Source: an uncultured Armatimonadetes bacterium (GTDB lineage Bacteria > Armatimonadota > UBA5829 > DTJY01). Taken from it: 64,000 nt of DNA. The notes beneath the pieces are model-generated. The model was not told the origin of the DNA. It worked only from the letters and a program-made list of their open reading frames with translations, and ran no database searches. The stretch covers positions 512,001 to 576,000 of the forward strand of contig OY970325.1 in the NCBI GenBank assembly GCA_963717145.1, given 5' to 3'. Positions 59,621 through 64,000 of this stretch are shown here, piece after piece (position 1 is the stretch's first letter; every line of letters starts with the position of its first letter). Position numbers and translations under genes: made by a program.

Positions 59621-61687
59621 CTATGGAGGAGATGGGCCTGGCGTGCCGTGCTCGGTTCTTGCCAGGATGTCCTCCTGCACGACTCGGTCGAGCGTAGCGA
59701 AGTGCGCGGAGAAGCCCGACACGCGAACGACCAGGTCGCCGTAGTCCTGCGGGTGCTCCATTGCCTCGCGAAGTATATCCCCATCGACCGTGTTGAACTG
59801 CAGTTCCGCGCCGCCGAGCTTGAAGCATGTCCTGATAAGCACCGCAAGCGCCCTGAGGCCCGCCTCGCCCTCGATAGCGGACGGGTGCAGCTTGATGTTG
59901 ACCACGTTGCCGCCGTGACAGAGCCGGTAGGGGAGCTTCGAGATCGAGCGGATTGTGGCCGTGATGCCGCTGACATCGCGCCCGAATGTGGGGCTTGCAG
60001 CGTCCGATACCGGCTGTTGCGCCAGACGTCCGTCGGGACTTGCGCCGAGTTCCGCGCCCGCGGAGATGTTCTGCACGTTCGCGGCCATGAGCCCCCAGTA
60101 GTAGCCGCCCTGCGGGGTGCGGTACTTCAGCATCTCAGTACCGAAGTCGCCGGCAAAGCGAGCCGCGATGTCGTCCACTTCCGCGATGTCGTTGCCATAC
60201 TTCGGCGCGCCCCTGAGCAGGAGTTGCCGCTCGCGCTCGCAGCCCTCGAAGTTCGCGCTGAGCATGCGTCGCAGATCGTCGAGCATGAACCGGCGCTCGT
60301 CGTAGACGAACCGCTTGACGGCCATGAGCGCGTCGGCGGTGACCCCGATCCCCATGCCAGCGACCCCGTGATTTGCGGGATAGATTGCGCCTCCATCGTT
60401 CAGGTCCCGCCCTCGTTCGATGCAGTCCTGAGTGAGCGCGCTCATCAACGGGCTGGTGAAATCGGCGGCCCGGGCGTGGCTCGGCGCTTTGGCGGCGTCC
60501 ATCTGCTCGATGTGTTCTCGCAAGTCCGACCGCATCTGCTCGAGGCAGGCGTCGTAGAAGGCTTCCCACGTGGGCGGATTGCCGTGCGAAAGCGCCGAAT
60601 CGACGCATTTCAGCAGGTTGAAGCGGCTGTCCGACCACGGGGCGGACTTGCCGGGGATCGAAGTCTCGATGCAGCCGACGAAGCAGTAGTCGCGCGCGTC
60701 CTCGATCGGGAAGCCGAGGTCCGTGAGCGCGGGGATCATCACCTCGTCGTTCACGACCGCGGGGTATCCGATCCCGGTCCGTATCACCTCAGCGCACTTC
60801 TCGACGAAGGGCAGGGGAGTGTCGTGATTGATGCGCGCGGTGACGTTGCCGCCGGGCCGACCGACGCGCTTGCACGCTTCGAGGATGAGGAAGCTCAACT
60901 CGTTCGTCGCGTCCGAGCCGTCCTCGGGGTTCACGCCGCCGATCGCGATGTTCTGCACATCCCCGTACACAGCGGTGATCTTGGCGAAGAAGTGCTCCAG
61001 GATGCGCAGCGTCTCCTCCTGTGCAAGATCGTCCGCGCGGTAGAATGGATACAGGTACTGGTCGAGCCGCCCGAAAGCCATCGCGTAGCGGTCGTCGATC
61101 TGCATCAGGGAATGGAAGCTGTAGACAAGCTGTAAGGCCTCCTGGAACGTGCGGGGCGTGCCCTCTGCGAGGTGCTCCATCATGTCGGCATGGGGCGAGA
61201 CCTCCGAGTAGCGCCGCATGAACGCCGATGCGCCCTCGACCGCGATCTCCATCGAGCGGAGGAAGGTGATCTTGTCGCTGTCCGTCTGCCCTTGGATCGA
61301 GTCGCGGATATGCGTCTTCAGGCCGCCGAGCCCAAGTCGGAGGAGCGTGGGATAGTCGGGTGCATGGTGATCCGAGTGATCGCCGAAGCCTCGCGCGCCG
61401 ACCGAACTCAGGCACTCGGCGTCCCGGGCCTGGTCGGCGGAATCGTACTCGTGTCCGAGGCAGTGGAACTTCCCGCATCCGACGAGGAGTTCTCCCGGCC
61501 AGACGGGGAGTTCGCACCGGGCGAGGACGGCGTTCAGAGCCTTCGCCCGGCGGATCGTCATCGGCTCGCCCTCGGTCGAGCGGAACGACTCCGCGCGCCA
61601 GTGTGCCGAGATCAGATGCGGCCGCTCTCGGATGTATCGGTCGACGTGCCCGGTAAGCTCTCGATGGGCCAGGGCATCATTCTGCAT
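59621..61687 (-). CDS. Glycyl radical enzyme (PFL superfamily, non-PFL type)
   Basis: FGRLDQYLYPFY, GYPA, GCIE thiyl loop, PKYGND and LVVRVSGF glycyl loop. Confidence 0.92.
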   Translation of the reverse strand: MQNDALAHRELTGHVDRYIRERPHLISAHWRAESFRSTEGEPMTIRRAKALNAVLARCELPVWPGELLVGCGKFHCLGHEYDSADQARDAECLSSVGARGFGDHSDHHAPDYPTLLRLGLGGLKTHIRDSIQGQTDSDKITFLRSMEIAVEGASAFMRRYSEVSPHADMMEHLAEGTPRTFQEALQLVYSFHSLMQIDDRYAMAFGRLDQYLYPFYRADDLAQEETLRILEHFFAKITAVYGDVQNIAIGGVNPEDGSDATNELSFLILEACKRVGRPGGNVTARINHDTPLPFVEKCAEVIRTGIGYPAVVNDEVMIPALTDLGFPIEDARDYCFVGCIETSIPGKSAPWSDSRFNLLKCVDSALSHGNPPTWEAFYDACLEQMRSDLREHIEQMDAAKAPSHARAADFTSPLMSALTQDCIERGRDLNDGGAIYPANHGVAGMGIGVTADALMAVKRFVYDERRFMLDDLRRMLSANFEGCERERQLLLRGAPKYGNDIAEVDDIAARFAGDFGTEMLKYRTPQGGYYWGLMAANVQNISAGAELGASPDGRLAQQPVSDAASPTFGRDVSGITATIRSISKLPYRLCHGGNVVNIKLHPSAIEGEAGLRALAVLIRTCFKLGGAELQFNTVDGDILREAMEHPQDYGDLVVRVSGFSAHFATLDRVVQEDILARTEHGTPGPSPP

Positions 61688-62789
61688 GGAAGACCGCCTT
61701 CACGGATTCGCCGCTGCTCGCCGCTCTGCATGCCTCGTTCGCCTCTGCGATCGAGTACCTGTGCGTGATGCACGCCGCGAACTTGCCTTGCAGATCGGGG
61801 TGCTTCAGGAGGGAGTCGAGATACGTCGCGATATCCGATATCTTGTACTGGCTGCTGCCGACGATGCTGACCGCCTTGAACGTGATCATCTGCGGCTCGA
61901 TCTCGATCGCGCCGCTGTTGGAGTACTGGCCCGGCACGATGTAGCGTCCGAGTGTGCGCACGAGTCGCAGGCCCTCAGGTATGGCCGAGGGGGAGCCGCT
62001 CGCCTCGAAGACGACATCAGCGCCGTCCCCTCGGTTCATCTCCTTCGCGAGGTGTCTGACAGTCTCCAACCGTTCGTCCGGGGGCGTTTCACGGTAGTCG
62101 ATGACCACCTCCGCGCCGAGGTTCCGTGCCAACTCCATCCGCGCCTTGTTCTTCCCCGAGCCGATCGCCACGACGCGGCATCCACGGGCCGATGCCCATG
62201 CAATCGCGAAGAGCCCCACCGGCCCGGTTCCCTGCACGACGACAAGCTCCTCCGCATCTAAATCGCCGGCCCGGTCGAACGCTCGAATAGTCGTCGGGCC
62301 CGCGCACGGGAATGCCGAGGCCGCGTCCACGTCGATGCCCACAGGTAGCTTCACGAGACAGGCCGAGGGGTGATGAACGAACTCCCCGTAGCCTCCGAAG
62401 AAGTGCGGCGGCTCCTCGGGGTCGCGCACGTAGGTCACGCCGAAGTTGAGGCAGTTGGCGGTCTCGCCGCGCATGCAGCTGAAGCAGTCGCCGCAGGGCA
62501 TCGCCACGCACGCGATGGCAAGGTCTCCCGCGCTGATCGGCGTCCCCAGCGCGTCAGTGCGTGCGTGCTCCCCCGTCTCAGCGATCTCCCCGATGAACTC
62601 GTGCCCAGGGATGAACTGCGGAGGGATCGGCAGCCGGCCCTCCAGGATATGAATATCCGTCCCGCAGATGCCGCTACGCACCAGCTTCATCAGCACGCCC
62701 GCATCGCTCGGGGGAACGACGGGATACTCGCGGATCTCCATCTGCTTGTTTGGACCAACGAACACCACAGCCTTGCCTGTCTGACTCAT
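61677..62789 (-). CDS. Zinc-dependent alcohol dehydrogenase (MDR family)
   Basis: GICGTD, GHE, CGDCFSC...C and GTGPVG. Confidence 0.92.
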   Translation of the reverse strand: MSQTGKAVVFVGPNKQMEIREYPVVPPSDAGVLMKLVRSGICGTDIHILEGRLPIPPQFIPGHEFIGEIAETGEHARTDALGTPISAGDLAIACVAMPCGDCFSCMRGETANCLNFGVTYVRDPEEPPHFFGGYGEFVHHPSACLVKLPVGIDVDAASAFPCAGPTTIRAFDRAGDLDAEELVVVQGTGPVGLFAIAWASARGCRVVAIGSGKNKARMELARNLGAEVVIDYRETPPDERLETVRHLAKEMNRGDGADVVFEASGSPSAIPEGLRLVRTLGRYIVPGQYSNSGAIEIEPQMITFKAVSIVGSSQYKISDIATYLDSLLKHPDLQGKFAACITHRYSIAEANEACRAASSGESVKAVFHAE

Positions 62790-62944
62790 CGAAGCGTCTC
62801 CAATCTTCTGGTCACTTATGACTCCGTTCCACACGCGGGCCCAGGCTTCCTTTTGGACAATTCAGCGCCGGCCTGACAGGATTTCTGCAGAGGGAAGGCG
62901 AAACGGTACGCAAAGATCACGTCGCTCTGCATGAGGTGGCCGAT

Positions 62945-64000
62945 TTGACTTCCCGCGAGAGAGTGAACCTTGCGCTGAACCATCGCGAGCCCGACCGCGT
63001 GCCCATCGACCTCGGGGCATGCGCGGTGACCGGTATGCACGTCAGCACGGTGTACAAGCTCCGTCAGGCGCTCGGACTCGATCCGACGGGCACAGCCGTG
63101 AAGGTGATCGAGCCGTACCAGATGCTGGGCGAGATCGCGCCCGACCTGATCGGAGCGCTCGGCGTCGATGTCGTCGGTCTCGGCGGCACGAGGACGCTCT
63201 TCGGGTTCGCGAACGAGGGATGGAAGCCGTGGACCTGGTCAGACGGGACGCCGGTCCTCGTGCCGGAGGGGTTCAACACCGATCCCGAACCGGACGGCTC
63301 GATCCTGATGTACCCCGAGGGGGACAGGTCCGCGCCTCCGAGCGGCAAGCTTCCCAAGGATGGCTTCTACTTCGATACCATCATCCGCCAGCCGCCGATC
63401 GACGACGACCGCCTCGATCCAGAGGACAACCTCGAGGAGTTCGGCCCGATCACCGACGCCGACCTCGAGCACTTCCGCACCGAGGCCGAGCGCCTATACA
63501 CCCAGACCGACAAGGCGATCCTGGCGAACTTCGGCGGAACGGGCTTCGGCGACATCGCGCTCGTCCCGGCTCCGTGGCTCAAGCACCCGAGAGGGATTCG
63601 GGACGTGGAGGAATGGTACGTCAGTACGGCGATGCGCCGCGACTACGTCTACACCGTCTTCGAGCGCCAGTGCGAGATCGCGCTGGCCAACCTGACCCGG
63701 CTCCATCAGGTCGTGGGTGATCGCGTCTCAGCCGTGTTCCTCACCGGCACGGATTTCGGCACTCAGCGAGGGCCGTTCATCTCGATCGAGGCATACCGCG
63801 ACCTCTTCAAGCCGTTTCACAAGGCGTTGAACGACTGGGTCCACGCGAACACGGCATGGAAGACCTTCATCCACTCCTGCGGCTCGGTCGCCGCGCTCAT
63901 TCCGGACTTCATCGACGCGGGCTTCGACATCCTGAACCCGGTGCAGTGCTCGGCGTTCGACATGGAAGCCCGCAGCCTCAAGAGTCGGTTCGGCGATCAG
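62945..64000 (+). CDS. Uroporphyrinogen decarboxylase/MtaA-family protein, runs off the right edge
   Basis: Manually read TTG start after GAGGTGG: TSRERVNLALNHREPDRVPIDLG...GTDFGTQ...HSCGS...DAGFDILNPVQCSA. Confidence 0.85.
   Translation, partial: MTSRERVNLALNHREPDRVPIDLGACAVTGMHVSTVYKLRQALGLDPTGTAVKVIEPYQMLGEIAPDLIGALGVDVVGLGGTRTLFGFANEGWKPWTWSDGTPVLVPEGFNTDPEPDGSILMYPEGDRSAPPSGKLPKDGFYFDTIIRQPPIDDDRLDPEDNLEEFGPITDADLEHFRTEAERLYTQTDKAILANFGGTGFGDIALVPAPWLKHPRGIRDVEEWYVSTAMRRDYVYTVFERQCEIALANLTRLHQVVGDRVSAVFLTGTDFGTQRGPFISIEAYRDLFKPFHKALNDWVHANTAWKTFIHSCGSVAALIPDFIDAGFDILNPVQCSAFDMEARSLKSRFGDQ

Noticed and set aside
59342-61135. 597-aa plus-strand ORF with QRLWL repeats
   Set aside because: Antisense shadow of the GRE gene plus read-through of the 21-bp repeat.
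59621-61687. Pyruvate formate-lyase (pflB)
   Set aside because: Lacks the vicinal Cys-Cys motif and has GCIE instead.

Overview
GC-rich bacterial chromosomal window; the gene mix is reminiscent of Armatimonadota-like anaerobes, which is inference only. From left to right it holds: a GH32/peptidase/phosphotransferase cluster; an Mza-like restriction-modification defence island (MORC ATPase, Z1, DUF4420-like nuclease, C5 methyltransferase, Vsr, but no AIPR); a complete phosphate regulon (porin, pstS-arsC-pstCAB-phoU, divergent phoBR) with matching Pho-box promoters and long intergenic palindromes; a signal-peptide Rhs polymorphic toxin with two orphan toxin/immunity cassettes; a modular 21/22/43-bp tandem array; two paralogous cell-wall amidases; and a catabolic cluster (Zn-ADH, glycyl radical enzyme, MFS, GH30, aminotransferase, HisD/HpsN-like, GH123-like). 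The strongest novelty candidate is the ~260-nt 5' leader in front of each amidase, which shows compensatory base changes and overlapping alternative stems and matches no riboswitch I recognise. Several small frameshifts probably reflect assembly errors. No tRNA, rRNA, CRISPR array or transposase was found.
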